From: a bacterium
GTDB lineage: Bacteria; Bacillota; Clostridia; Christensenellales; CAG-138
Length of the DNA stretch: 64,000 bases
Assembly: GCA_022778545.1 (NCBI GenBank)
Contig: JALFDW010000014.1
Coordinates: 81,822 to 145,821, forward strand
Reading direction: 5' to 3'
In this document: positions 28,001 through 37,722 of the stretch, piece after piece
Layout: every line of letters starts with the position of its first letter
Position numbering within the stretch: position 1 is the first letter of the stretch
Notes under the pieces: generated by a model
The model's database searches: none
What the model was told of the DNA's origin: nothing
Seen by the model: the letters and a program-made list of their open reading frames with translations, nothing else
Made by a program: the position numbers and the translations under genes

Positions 28001-30508
28001 TTATTCCGCGCTCTTCAAGGACTCCACCATATCAATGGAGCGCACTTTGCGGCGCATGATCAGGTTCACACAAAGCGAAAACGCTACGGTCAGCACAAAC
28101 GAATACACAAAGCTCATCGTTTTGACAGAGCGCACAAACATTACCATGTCCACCTCGCATGTGCGGATCACAAAAGCATGCATAAACGTGCCGAGCATGA
28201 GCCCCACCACCGCGCCGATGGCCGCAAGAGCATTGTTTTCGCGGAACACATAGTCGTACATTTCCTTATCGTAAAAGCCCAGCACGCGCAGCGTTGCAAG
28301 CTCACGCTTGCGTTCTTCCAGGTTGATGTTCGTGAGGTTGAGCATGACTACAAGCGTAAGCAGCGCAGAGCCTGCGATCAACACGATCACAACGTAGTTG
28401 AGGATCTGCAGCGAATCCATGATGGTATCGTAAATGGCCGTAAGTGTCATGACAGTATACACACGGTTGTCCGCCAGAATGCCTTCCGTCACCTCGTCCA
28501 TGTCCTCCTCCGGCACACCGTCAAGGTTGATCATGAACGCGTTGTATTCCATCGTTTTCCCGAACACCTGTTCATAGTACGCGGAATTCATGTAAACATA
28601 ATGATACACATAATTGTCCGCAATCCCTGCGACAAGCACTTCATATTCCTGTGAGCCGGAATAGAGATGCAGCGTATCTCCCGCCTCCACGCCGGAGAGC
28701 TCCGCGAGCTTTTTTGTGATGACCGCCCCTTCATCCGTAAGCGGGATCTCCGTTCCGCTGCTGTGCAGGCGGATCTTCCCATCCATCTCGGCATAATCCC
28801 GCACGCCGAGCATATGCACGTTGCCCGTGCGCGTATCCCCGCTTCCCGCATCGCATACCGTGTCATAGCAGAACATCACGGATCGGAAATGCGGGGCTGC
28901 TTCGCTGCCTTCCGCAAGCTTCTTGATCTCATTGAAGGACATGCTGTCATAGGTGTATGCCTGGACATCCATCTTCCAGATATCATTGAACTGATATTCC
29001 GCGATGCCGAATATGGAATCCTGAATACCGAAAGCTGTCACAAGAAGGGCACAGCTCCCGGCAATACCGATTACGCTCATGAAAAACCGCTTTTTATAGC
29101 GGAAAATGTTGCGCACGGTCACTTTCATCGTGAAGTTGAGCCGCTTCCAGATAAAGCCCACGCGTTCCAGCAAAACGCGTTTGCCTGCTTTCGGCGCTTT
29201 CGGGCGCATAAGCGTCGCAGGAACTTCCCGAAGGGCAGAGGCCGATGCCGCGATCGTTGCGATGCCGGTACATGCCATCGCGGCAAGGATCGCAACGGCT
29301 GCGATATCCGCCCGGTACGGCGTTGCAACGTTCGGCAGGCGATACATGATCGTATACGCCGAGATGATCACAGCCGGCAGCAGCCGGAAGCCGATCACCG
29401 CGCCGATGAAACCGCCAATCACGCACGCGCTGATGGAATATGCAACGTATTTCATCATAATTGCGCCCGTGCTGTACCCAAGCGCTTTCAGCGTACCCAT
29501 TTCGATGCGCTGTTCCTCCACCATGCGCGTCATGGTCGTGAGGCTCACAAGCGCAGCAACAATGAAAAAGATCACCGGGAACACATCGCCAACAGCGGCT
29601 ATGCGCTCCGTGTTCTCCGCATAATCCGAATACCCCGGGTTCGAAGTCCGATCCTGGATATACCATGTGCCGGACACCGTCGCGGCGTAGTCCTCAATGC
29701 GCGTGCTCACCTCGTCCACCAATTCCGCGTAGGCATCCGAAAAGGCTGAAAGCCCTTCCTTGCCGCTGATGACGATGTCGGCCTGCGTATAGACGGTCGT
29801 AAGCATACCAAGGAGCGGGAGTTTTGTGCCAAGGCGCATGAGCGCGTTGCCCGAAGCATACGCAAAGCCTGCACAGTTTCCGTTCCCGATTGTGCTAAGG
29901 CCGCGCTCGATCACGCTCACATACTTCGAGCTGTACACAAAGCCCACAACGCGCAGTGTAGCTGTGCCGCCGCTCGTCTCAAAGGTCACATAATCGCCAA
30001 GACCAAGCCCGTCTTTTTGAAGTTTTGTGTCGAGCGCGATCTCATAATCCGAAACCGGCAGCCGCCCCTCCTTTACTTCAAGCCGGTTCATCTCGTATTC
30101 CGGCGCAGTGTCGATGTCATACGACGGGAGCATTTCAATCAGCTGGCCGTACTCCGGCTTTTCCCGAATGGGCATGGAAAAAAGCCGCACATTCTTTTCC
30201 TCGTCGCCCTCCACGCGCATCATCGCATCCACGAACAGCCCGGGCGACACCGCTTCCACGCCTTCGATGTTTCTGAGTGCAGCGATATCATCCGGCGTAA
30301 GGCCGGCGGTGGACATTACGGTGATGTCCGCAAGGTTGCTCGAATTGAACAGCGCATCCCCCGCGTCCTTCATGTCCGGGCTCGTAGCGCGGATCCCCGC
30401 AAAAAACGCTACGCCAAGCGCACAGATCGCCAGGATGGAAAGATAGCGCATCCGCGTTTTCCATATCTCGCAAAACAGGTTTTTGACGAGAAGGCCTTTT
30501 TTCAGCAT
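28001..30508 (-). CDS. ABC transporter permease, MacB/FtsX type with two FtsX modules
   Basis: About 835 aa with two TM-plus-large-extracytoplasmic-loop-plus-3-TM units. The start at 30508 is 4 nt after the ATPase stop. Confidence 0.9.
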   Translation of the reverse strand: MLKKGLLVKNLFCEIWKTRMRYLSILAICALGVAFFAGIRATSPDMKDAGDALFNSSNLADITVMSTAGLTPDDIAALRNIEGVEAVSPGLFVDAMMRVEGDEEKNVRLFSMPIREKPEYGQLIEMLPSYDIDTAPEYEMNRLEVKEGRLPVSDYEIALDTKLQKDGLGLGDYVTFETSGGTATLRVVGFVYSSKYVSVIERGLSTIGNGNCAGFAYASGNALMRLGTKLPLLGMLTTVYTQADIVISGKEGLSAFSDAYAELVDEVSTRIEDYAATVSGTWYIQDRTSNPGYSDYAENTERIAAVGDVFPVIFFIVAALVSLTTMTRMVEEQRIEMGTLKALGYSTGAIMMKYVAYSISACVIGGFIGAVIGFRLLPAVIISAYTIMYRLPNVATPYRADIAAVAILAAMACTGIATIAASASALREVPATLMRPKAPKAGKRVLLERVGFIWKRLNFTMKVTVRNIFRYKKRFFMSVIGIAGSCALLVTAFGIQDSIFGIAEYQFNDIWKMDVQAYTYDSMSFNEIKKLAEGSEAAPHFRSVMFCYDTVCDAGSGDTRTGNVHMLGVRDYAEMDGKIRLHSSGTEIPLTDEGAVITKKLAELSGVEAGDTLHLYSGSQEYEVLVAGIADNYVYHYVYMNSAYYEQVFGKTMEYNAFMINLDGVPEEDMDEVTEGILADNRVYTVMTLTAIYDTIMDSLQILNYVVIVLIAGSALLTLVVMLNLTNINLEERKRELATLRVLGFYDKEMYDYVFRENNALAAIGAVVGLMLGTFMHAFVIRTCEVDMVMFVRSVKTMSFVYSFVLTVAFSLCVNLIMRRKVRSIDMVESLKSAE

Positions 30509-30512
30509 AGGC

Positions 30513-31214
30513 TCACCACTCGATCTCCTCCACAGGTGTCGGATGCGCATTGATCTCCATGGAAGCGACCGTCCCATTTTTCACGTGCACGATACGGTCC
30601 GCCATTGGCGCAATGGCGGAATTGTGCGTAATGATGATAACCGTCATGCCCACTTTACGGCAGGTATCCTGAAGAAGCTTGAGCACCTGCTTGCCCGTCT
30701 GATAATCCAACGCACCCGTCGGTTCATCGCAGAGCATGAGCTTCGGATTCTTCGCCAGCGCGCGGGCGATCGCAACGCGCTGCTGTTCGCCGCCGGAAAG
30801 CTGAGCCGGGAAGTTGCCAAGGCGCTCGCCCAACCCCACCTCGCGCAGCACCTTATCCGCAGGCAGCGGGTCGCGGCAGATCTGCGCCGCAAGCTCCACG
30901 TTTTCAAGCGCGGTCAGGTTCTGCACCAGGTTGTAAAACTGAAAGACGAAGCCGACGGTATCCCGCCGGTACCCGGTGAGCGCCTGCCGGTCGTACGCTT
31001 CAATATGCGCGCCATCCACGACGATTTCGCCGGAAGTGCAACTGTCCATCCCGCCAAGGATGTTGAGGAGCGTTGTTTTGCCCGCGCCGGAAGGGCCGAC
31101 GACCACGCAGAGCTCTCCTTTTTCCAACTCAAAATCCACGCCGGAAAGCGCATGGATGGTGACTTCACCCATATGGTATGTTTTTGTTACGTTTTTCAAT
31201 GATATATATGCCAA
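30513..31214 (-). CDS. ABC transporter ATP-binding protein (MacB/LolD-like)
   Basis: Walker [10 protein letters not shown], signature [15 protein letters not shown], Walker [13 protein letters not shown]. Confidence 0.95.
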   Translation of the reverse strand: MAYISLKNVTKTYHMGEVTIHALSGVDFELEKGELCVVVGPSGAGKTTLLNILGGMDSCTSGEIVVDGAHIEAYDRQALTGYRRDTVGFVFQFYNLVQNLTALENVELAAQICRDPLPADKVLREVGLGERLGNFPAQLSGGEQQRVAIARALAKNPKLMLCDEPTGALDYQTGKQVLKLLQDTCRKVGMTVIIITHNSAIAPMADRIVHVKNGTVASMEINAHPTPVEEIEW

Positions 31215-31373
31215 ACCAGTTTCCCTCCGGCATCTCTTTTACGCTTTCATCTTACCGCAAAACGCAGCAGAACGCCAACGATTTCATGGAATTTCAAATT
31301 CTTTTCACAAAAGAAATATGGTATACTTGATTAAGCCAATTTTATGACAAAACAACCCGGAGGAGCTTCCGAT

Positions 31374-32423
31374 ATGCCCCGTGCAAGATCCCGCCTGTTC
31401 ACCCATGCCGCCGCGCATTTTGCGGTGGACTTTTCCTGTTTTTTTGCGTTGTGGCTCTCCGCTTTCCGCACGGAAGCCGCGCCGCTCATGATCCTTCTTT
31501 ACAATACGCTGGCCTTTGCCCTGCAGGCGCCGCTCGGAGCGCTTTGCGACCGGTTAGATGATGCACGCCCGCTTACCGTGCTCGGTTGTGGGCTCGTTGC
31601 TTGGGGTGTACTCGCCTGCGCGTTTCCTTTGCTTTCGGTGCTCCTGCTCGGGCTGGGCAATGCGCTGTTCCACGTAGGCGGTGCGGTAACCTCGCTCCGC
31701 CACTGCCCGGGCGATGCGTTTTCCGCGGGCACCTATGTCGCCCCCGGCGCGCTCGGCGTTGCGTTCGGCACCCTCTGCGGGAAGGGCATTTTCCATTGCT
31801 CCCTGTTTTTCCCCGTGCTGCTCCTGCTTGCCTGCATCGGCTTCATCTGGTGCTGCGGCGCCGGTGCGCCCCGCGCATGCACCGCCTTTCGCATTTCTTC
31901 TCCCATGGAACACCTTGGTGCGGGTGCCGTCATGCTTTGCCTCTTTTCCATTGGCGTGCGTTCCTTCGCAGGCTTTACTGTCACGACACTTTCCGGCGCC
32001 GCAGCGTTCGTTCTGCTCGGCGCGGGAGCTTCCTTTCTGGGCAAGTTCCTCGGCGGCGTAGTTGCACAGAAGATTCCCTGGCGTGTGGTCAGCCTGCTCG
32101 GAGTCGGCATCGGCGGACTCATGATGGCGTTTTTCCCGGCATCCTATGCCACATACGCGGGTGTTCTCCTGTTCAACCTGGCCATGCCGCTCACGCTATG
32201 CGCCGTAATGGCCGCCATGCCCGAAAACATGGGGCTCGGCTTTGGCCTGACGACACTTGCGCTGTTTCTCGGCTCTGCGCCGCTTTACGCCCTGCCGGAT
32301 GGCTACAAGGCTTCCGTTCCGCTGATGCTCGCCACAACGCTCGGCGCAGCGTTCATGCTGTTTTTCGCCCTGCGTGAAACCCGGACGCAACCTCAGAAAG
32401 CCGAGCTGCGTTTAAATGAATGA
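31374..32423 (+). CDS. Polytopic membrane protein, family not recognised (possibly transporter-like)
   Basis: About 10 hydrophobic segments. The ATG at 31374 is 8 nt after GGAGGAG. The track start at 31344 lacks an RBS. Confidence 0.7.
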   Translation: MPRARSRLFTHAAAHFAVDFSCFFALWLSAFRTEAAPLMILLYNTLAFALQAPLGALCDRLDDARPLTVLGCGLVAWGVLACAFPLLSVLLLGLGNALFHVGGAVTSLRHCPGDAFSAGTYVAPGALGVAFGTLCGKGIFHCSLFFPVLLLLACIGFIWCCGAGAPRACTAFRISSPMEHLGAGAVMLCLFSIGVRSFAGFTVTTLSGAAAFVLLGAGASFLGKFLGGVVAQKIPWRVVSLLGVGIGGLMMAFFPASYATYAGVLLFNLAMPLTLCAVMAAMPENMGLGFGLTTLALFLGSAPLYALPDGYKASVPLMLATTLGAAFMLFFALRETRTQPQKAELRLNE

Positions 32424-32453
32424 TCCGTAGATATTTCCAAAGGAGGCTTTTCC

Positions 32454-32597
32454 ATGCTGTTTCCCATCGCACTCGACGCTGCCGCACCCAACCTGTTTTT
32501 TCTCTTTGGCGTGTTTCCGATTCTGCTCGGCATAGCCGTTGTGGCGCTTACGGTCTACCTCATCGTGCGCACAATAAAAAAGAAAAAAGATAAATAG
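32454..32597 (+). CDS. 47-aa single-TM mini-protein (below the ORF-track size cutoff)
   Basis: AAAGGAGG RBS 7 nt upstream. Hand translation: MLFPIALDAAAPNLFFLFGVFPILLGIAVVALTVYLIVRTIKKKKDK. Confidence 0.5.
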   Translation: MLFPIALDAAAPNLFFLFGVFPILLGIAVVALTVYLIVRTIKKKKDK

Positions 32598-32631
32598 CCC
32601 GATTTCACAGCATTCATTCAGGAGGTTCATC

Positions 32632-32784
32632 ATGCATCCCGTTTTTCTTGACATCATGGAGCCCGATCCCGTTCTTGAGTCCATCGACACCGGCTCGCTG
32701 TTCGGCGTTCTGCTCGGCATTGCCATCGTTCTCCTCGCAATGCTTGCCGCCGTATTCTTCATCATAAAGCGCCGCAGAAAATAA
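32632..32784 (+). CDS. 50-aa single-TM mini-protein, paralog of 32454-32597
   Basis: CAGGAGG RBS 7 nt upstream. Hand translation: MHPVFLDIMEPDPVLESIDTGSLFGVLLGIAIVLLAMLAAVFFIIKRRRK. It shares the LFGV..LLGIA(V/I)V core and a basic tail with the preceding mini-protein. Confidence 0.5.
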   Translation: MHPVFLDIMEPDPVLESIDTGSLFGVLLGIAIVLLAMLAAVFFIIKRRRK

Positions 32785-32790
32785 GAAGCC

Positions 32791-33153
32791 ATGCTCCGGG
32801 AGCTTCTGTTCACGCTTGCTTATTATGCTGTCCCGCTCGCTCTCACGATCCTGATCGAAGCAGGGGCAGCTTACTTGTGCGGCCTGAAACAAAAAGTGGA
32901 GCAGCATGCGCTGCTCCTCTGCAACCTTTTGACCAACCCGCTTCTGAACCTGATTTTATACATCAGGCAATACGCTGCGGGCTCTCCTTTTCCGTTCCCC
33001 GTACTTCTGCTGCTTGAAGTGCTTGTTGCGTTTGCGGAAGGGTGCATGCTCCGGCGCCTCTGCGAAAAACGCCGCAGCTATTTTGCCCTTTCTCTGCTGT
33101 TCAACGCACTTTCCTGCGGGGCAGGCCTGCTGCTTTCCCGGCTGCTGTTCTGA
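32791..33153 (+). CDS. Small (120 aa) membrane protein with 3-4 TM segments, unknown family
   Basis: It starts 6 nt after the preceding stop. Hydrophobic, with conserved-looking LIEAGAAY, LLTNPLLN and LEVLVAFAEG segments. Confidence 0.6.
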   Translation: MLRELLFTLAYYAVPLALTILIEAGAAYLCGLKQKVEQHALLLCNLLTNPLLNLILYIRQYAAGSPFPFPVLLLLEVLVAFAEGCMLRRLCEKRRSYFALSLLFNALSCGAGLLLSRLLF

Positions 33154-33154
33154 C

Positions 33155-35008
33155 TCAGCCGATGCGCACGCCAATGATCTTCTGCCCTTCTCCGCTGCCG
33201 CCTACGCCGCGTGTACCAACCACAAGCATGTTGTTGAACACCGCTGGCGTTGCGTCAATGCGCGAACCAAGATCTACCTCTGCAAGCACTTCGCCGGTAC
33301 GCGGATCGTGCATGCGCAGGAATCCGTTTCTGTCGCACTGGAGCAGATACGCGTTTTCCGCCGCGTCGTAGATCACGACCGGCGCGCTCCAATAATCCGC
33401 CGCCTGCTCATAAGTCCAGACGACTTCGCCCGTCTTTTTGTTATAGGCAACGATTCTGCCGCCATTGACCGCCTCGCCGTTGACCATGACAGGAACGGAC
33501 GCGGCGTTGTAGATCACGAGATCCGCGATTGAACCATAGCCTACATGCGGTGTGGAAAGCGTTCCTCCATTTGTCGTGCTGCTGCCTGTGGAAGCATCCC
33601 AGGCTTTTTCCCATACGATTTCTCCTGTTATGGCATTGATCTTCCTGTGCCAGCTCTTTCCGAAGCCGTTCTCAATGCCGCTCTGCGCATTTACCGCGTT
33701 CGCCGTGTAAAGATACAGCGTACCTGCTTCATAATCCTCTTCCAAAACGACGCCCGCATCGCCATCGTCCGTAACGTCCACTGCGTACACCGTTTTGAGC
33801 GTGTTCATGTCCACGCACTGCAAATATCCGCCGTTATCCGTAAAGAAGGCATAGTTTTTCCAGAATGCGGGCGAGCTTTCAATGCCCCACTGACGGCTGC
33901 TTGAAGAGTCCGCATATCCGTTTGCGGTATAGCGGTATTTTGCCAACGGATCCGGATTCACGGAGACCGTACCGTTCACGCTATCGAACACGGTGTTGAG
34001 CTTTACGCTGTAAAGCACGCCGTTTTCGCCCGCTGCAATCAGCGTATCAGTCTTTGCATCCACAAGTGCGGAAGAATCATAGGCCTGCCATTCCCGCGGG
34101 GAGAAGGGATCCCGCCCGCCAAAGGACCAGATCACCTTGTTTTCGATCAGCGAGATGACGCGAAACCATGCGCCGCGCGTTCCTTCTTCGCTTGTGCTCG
34201 GTGCGCCCTGCCCGGTATAAAGCAGCGGATAGCCCCGCGGATCGAGCGTTGCAGTCCCTTTTGTCACAATGCCAAGCGCGATCGGATCGCGTGTGGGCTT
34301 GCCGGTGGAGAGCTCAATAAAATAGATGTTCCCGTCCATAGCCGGGCAGATGACCTCCGTGAAGCCATCCTTTGCCTTGAATTCATCATAAACGCCAAGG
34401 AATGGGCGCACCGCAGCATCCCACTGCACGATGATGGGCATTCCCGTCCAGCCAATGCCGGCCCATGCACCGTCCTCTCCAAGGTCAAGCGCACCGATGT
34501 TCTTATCCCACACGCGCGTGAGCGTTTTGCTTGAAACGGTCTGCGTGCCATAGGTGAATGTGTTGCGGTAATTGTTTCCGCCATAGGTCGTTACGCCGCG
34601 TACCGCCGTGTACTCGCTTCCCTTCCCGAAGGAAATCGCTTCCGTGCGTTCAAAGGTTTCCGTCTCATCCCGGTTGTACATCAGCTTTGCCGAGAAGCCG
34701 ATGCCGGAAAGCGTCTCCGCAGACGCGGGAATGACCGTAAGCCCGGCCGGAAGCGCGGCAGCAGGCGTTGGCGTGGGTTCGGGCGTGGCTGTCGGCGAAA
34801 CGGCCGGCGTGGGCGAAGGCTCCGCGCTGCCGCCGGGTTTGATGTCGCCGGAGAAAATGCGGATCAGCAGCAATGTGAGCCCTGCCAGCACGGCAAGAAA
34901 GATCACAAGCACCATGACCCTTCGGATAATGTATTTCCGCCGCCGGACCGCCTGGCGGCTCTTCCTTCTCGTCTGTTTCCGCCTTGCCAATTTCCCCTCT
35001 CCTTTCAC
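33155..35008 (-). CDS. Membrane-anchored PQQ-like (BamB-type) beta-propeller repeat protein
   Basis: A basic N-terminus plus TM segment VMVLVIFLAVLAGLTLLLI and a P/T/A-rich linker. Repeated propeller signatures follow (AYNKKTGEVVWTYE, HDPRTGEVLAEVDLG). Confidence 0.8.
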   Translation of the reverse strand: MKGEGKLARRKQTRRKSRQAVRRRKYIIRRVMVLVIFLAVLAGLTLLLIRIFSGDIKPGGSAEPSPTPAVSPTATPEPTPTPAAALPAGLTVIPASAETLSGIGFSAKLMYNRDETETFERTEAISFGKGSEYTAVRGVTTYGGNNYRNTFTYGTQTVSSKTLTRVWDKNIGALDLGEDGAWAGIGWTGMPIIVQWDAAVRPFLGVYDEFKAKDGFTEVICPAMDGNIYFIELSTGKPTRDPIALGIVTKGTATLDPRGYPLLYTGQGAPSTSEEGTRGAWFRVISLIENKVIWSFGGRDPFSPREWQAYDSSALVDAKTDTLIAAGENGVLYSVKLNTVFDSVNGTVSVNPDPLAKYRYTANGYADSSSSRQWGIESSPAFWKNYAFFTDNGGYLQCVDMNTLKTVYAVDVTDDGDAGVVLEEDYEAGTLYLYTANAVNAQSGIENGFGKSWHRKINAITGEIVWEKAWDASTGSSTTNGGTLSTPHVGYGSIADLVIYNAASVPVMVNGEAVNGGRIVAYNKKTGEVVWTYEQAADYWSAPVVIYDAAENAYLLQCDRNGFLRMHDPRTGEVLAEVDLGSRIDATPAVFNNMLVVGTRGVGGSGEGQKIIGVRIG

Positions 35009-35042
35009 TGCGCTTCACGGTTCGCCAAAGGGCGCATCGCTG

Positions 35043-36008
35043 TTACGGCTGCTCTTCCGGTTCTGCGTCCTCCCCTTCTGCATCAGGCTCCGGTTCCGGA
35101 ATTTCGGAAGCATCCGCCACAAAGGTAACGCTTCCGTCCCCGACTTCAAAGCGCAGTTCCGGCGTACAGCTTCCTACGAGATAGATGTCCTTCTCCTGTT
35201 CAAACAGGAACACGCCAACGCCTTTCTCGCCACCGGCCGCTTCAAGGGTGGCCAGGCCTTCCACGGAAAGATCCCGGATCTCCGCGCCATGGTATTCTCC
35301 GTTGTTTGTCACGCGCAGGAGGGAGCCGTTTTGCATCGTGAGCGTTCCCTCGCATTTCAGCGCGTTATAATGATCCTCCGTGGCTGCAATGAGCGCCGCA
35401 TCCTCGCCCAAAGTCAGCTCGTCCCCGGCAACGCTGACCGCCCCAAGTGCACCGTTTGCCGTGATCGCGCTCTTTTTTAGGAGCGTAAGCCCCTTTACCT
35501 GTATGCCGCAGCCCACGTTGCTCGCAAGCGTGAACGAGCTGTTCTCCTGGATCACAATGTCTCCGGCGCCCGTGATGCAATGCGCAACGCTGTTGATCTC
35601 AGCATTCCCGCCAAGCACCGCATCGCCCAAGCATCCGATCCCGTTGCGCCCGCCCATGATGCTGATATCCTCCAGCCTGAGCGCGCAGCCATCCTCCAGC
35701 CTGAGAACGCAGTCGCCGTTTCCCGTGATGCTGAAGCCGTTCCCGCAAATCGTGATGCTGCCGCGCGCTTTCGTGATGCGGAGGATTTCTTCGCCAAGGT
35801 CGATCGACGCGCCGAGCGTTGCCGTATCGGATGCACCGCTCTCGATAAAGTCAATCAGCTCAGCGGTCGTGTAGATTCCATCCCCGCTGACCGGGTCGCT
35901 CAGATCCACATGCTCCTGCGGAATATCGTCACCGCACGCTCCGAACAGCGCCATGCAGATTATAAGAAGGCAGATCAAAAGCAGACGCCTTTTCTTTTCA
36001 GAATTCAT
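35043..36008 (-). CDS. Lipoprotein with a beta-helix-like internal periodicity and an acidic tail
   Basis: Lipobox MALFGAC. Recurrent short G/N/I/T-rich rungs (ITICGNGFSITGNGDCVLRLEDGCALRLEDISIMGG...). The C-terminus is EPEPDAEGEDAEPEEQP. Confidence 0.7.
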   Translation of the reverse strand: MNSEKKRRLLLICLLIICMALFGACGDDIPQEHVDLSDPVSGDGIYTTAELIDFIESGASDTATLGASIDLGEEILRITKARGSITICGNGFSITGNGDCVLRLEDGCALRLEDISIMGGRNGIGCLGDAVLGGNAEINSVAHCITGAGDIVIQENSSFTLASNVGCGIQVKGLTLLKKSAITANGALGAVSVAGDELTLGEDAALIAATEDHYNALKCEGTLTMQNGSLLRVTNNGEYHGAEIRDLSVEGLATLEAAGGEKGVGVFLFEQEKDIYLVGSCTPELRFEVGDGSVTFVADASEIPEPEPDAEGEDAEPEEQP

Positions 36009-36104
36009 TCCGGCAAAATTCCTTTTCCAGTATTTTCCATATTATAGTTTACCACAGAAAGCGCACTTCTTGCAAAACCGGCAGGATTTGCCCGCTTTGC
36101 ATCA

Positions 36105-37712
36105 TTACGGCCGTGCGAAACGCGCCATCACGCGCTCCGCAGCGCGCATACCATCCACAGCAGCGCTCACAATGCCGCCGGCATACCCTGCGCCCTCTCC
36201 CGCAGGATAAAGCCCGGGAACACCTGATGCTTCGCCGGTTTCGCCGCGCAGGATGCGCACAGGCGCGCTCGTTCTGCTCTCCACGGCCGTGATAACAGCC
36301 TCCGGCATATCAAACCCGTGCAGCCTGCGGCCAAAGGCGCGGATGCCGTCCCGCACACCGGCTGCCATGAAATCCGGCAGGCAGGCTGCCACATCTGCCG
36401 GGCACACTCCCGGTGTATACGTAGGCCTCACACTTCCAAAGCCGCTTGATGCACGGCCGGAAAGATAATCCCCCACCTGTGCGGCAGGCGCTACGAATCC
36501 GCCGCCACCCAACCGGAACGCCGCCCGTTCCAACGCCTCACGGAAACGAAGCCCGGCAAGCGGATCATCTGCACCAAAGTCGCGCGCATCCACCTGCACC
36601 ACCACCGCCGCGTTGGAGTTTTCCCCGTCCCGCGCATAATGGCTCATGCCGTTTGTCACGACGCCACCCTGCTCGGATGCACACGCCACCACATATCCGC
36701 CTGGGCACATGCAGAAGGTGTATACACCCCGGCCACCGCTTTGATCCGCAAGGTGGTATTCTGCGGCACCGAGGCGCGGGTGCCCCGCAAAAGCACCGAA
36801 CTGGCTTTTATCGATCATTTCCCGCGGGTGCTCGATCCGCACGCCTGCCGCAAAAGGCTTTGCCTGCATCAGAATGCTGCTCTCCGCCAACATATGGTAT
36901 GTATCGGAAGCGCCGTGGCCGATCGCGAGAATACATGCCGCGCATGGAATGCGCTCCCGCCCGGCATTGCTCTCCACATAAACCGCACTGAGGGCATCAC
37001 CATTCCGCTCAAGGCCGGTCAGGCGCGTTTCGAAGCGCACCTCTCCGCCCATGCGCAGGATCGCAAGGCGCATATTCTTTACGACCTGCACCAGTTTATC
37101 CGTCCCGATATGTGGCTTTGCCATATAACGGATCTCTTCCGGAGCCCCATGTTCCGCAAAGATCGAAACGACCTCCTGCGCGCGCGGGTCCTTGATACGC
37201 GTAGTAAGTTTTCCGTCGGAAAACGTACCGGCGCCGCCTTCGCCGAACACGGCGTTGCTCACTTCGCTGAACAGCCCCTTCTCCCAGAAGCGCGCCACAT
37301 CCGCCCGGCGGGCATCCACATCCCTGCCGCGCTCAAGTACAACAGGGCGATACCCGTTCTGCGCAAGCAGATATGCCGCAAAAAGGCCGGCCGGCCCCAT
37401 GCCGACCACGATGATGGGCGCATTGAGCGTCTCCGTACCAAATGAAAGCAAACGCGGCGCTTCCTCCGGCGCATGGGCAATGCGCACGCCTGTGCGCCGC
37501 AATGCGCGCACTTCATCCTTAGGGGAAAGCGTGAGCGTTACGGTATAGCTGAAGCAGATATCGTCTTTCCTGCGCGCATCCAGCGAAACGCGGTTTACGC
37601 GCAGCCCCAGGATCGCACTTTCCGGCATAGCAAGAGCCCTCGCCGCAAACTCTTTGAGCGAGGACTCATCCGCCTGAAGCGGTAATTTCAATTCGGACAA
37701 AACCAGTGCCAT
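36105..37712 (-). CDS. FAD-dependent oxidoreductase (COG2509-type)
   Basis: Dinucleotide fold IIVVGMGPAGLFAAYLLAQNGYRPVVLERG. The start at 37712 is 10 nt after the cdaR stop. Confidence 0.88.
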   Translation of the reverse strand: MALVLSELKLPLQADESSLKEFAARALAMPESAILGLRVNRVSLDARRKDDICFSYTVTLTLSPKDEVRALRRTGVRIAHAPEEAPRLLSFGTETLNAPIIVVGMGPAGLFAAYLLAQNGYRPVVLERGRDVDARRADVARFWEKGLFSEVSNAVFGEGGAGTFSDGKLTTRIKDPRAQEVVSIFAEHGAPEEIRYMAKPHIGTDKLVQVVKNMRLAILRMGGEVRFETRLTGLERNGDALSAVYVESNAGRERIPCAACILAIGHGASDTYHMLAESSILMQAKPFAAGVRIEHPREMIDKSQFGAFAGHPRLGAAEYHLADQSGGRGVYTFCMCPGGYVVACASEQGGVVTNGMSHYARDGENSNAAVVVQVDARDFGADDPLAGLRFREALERAAFRLGGGGFVAPAAQVGDYLSGRASSGFGSVRPTYTPGVCPADVAACLPDFMAAGVRDGIRAFGRRLHGFDMPEAVITAVESRTSAPVRILRGETGEASGVPGLYPAGEGAGYAGGIVSAAVDGMRAAERVMARFARP

Positions 37713-37722
37713 GTATCGTTCC

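Noticed and set aside
32412-32907. Minus-strand ORFs 32412-32813 and 32614-32907.
   Set aside because: They are antisense to the two RBS-supported mini-protein genes and to the start of the 120-aa membrane gene. They have no RBS and an implausible composition.
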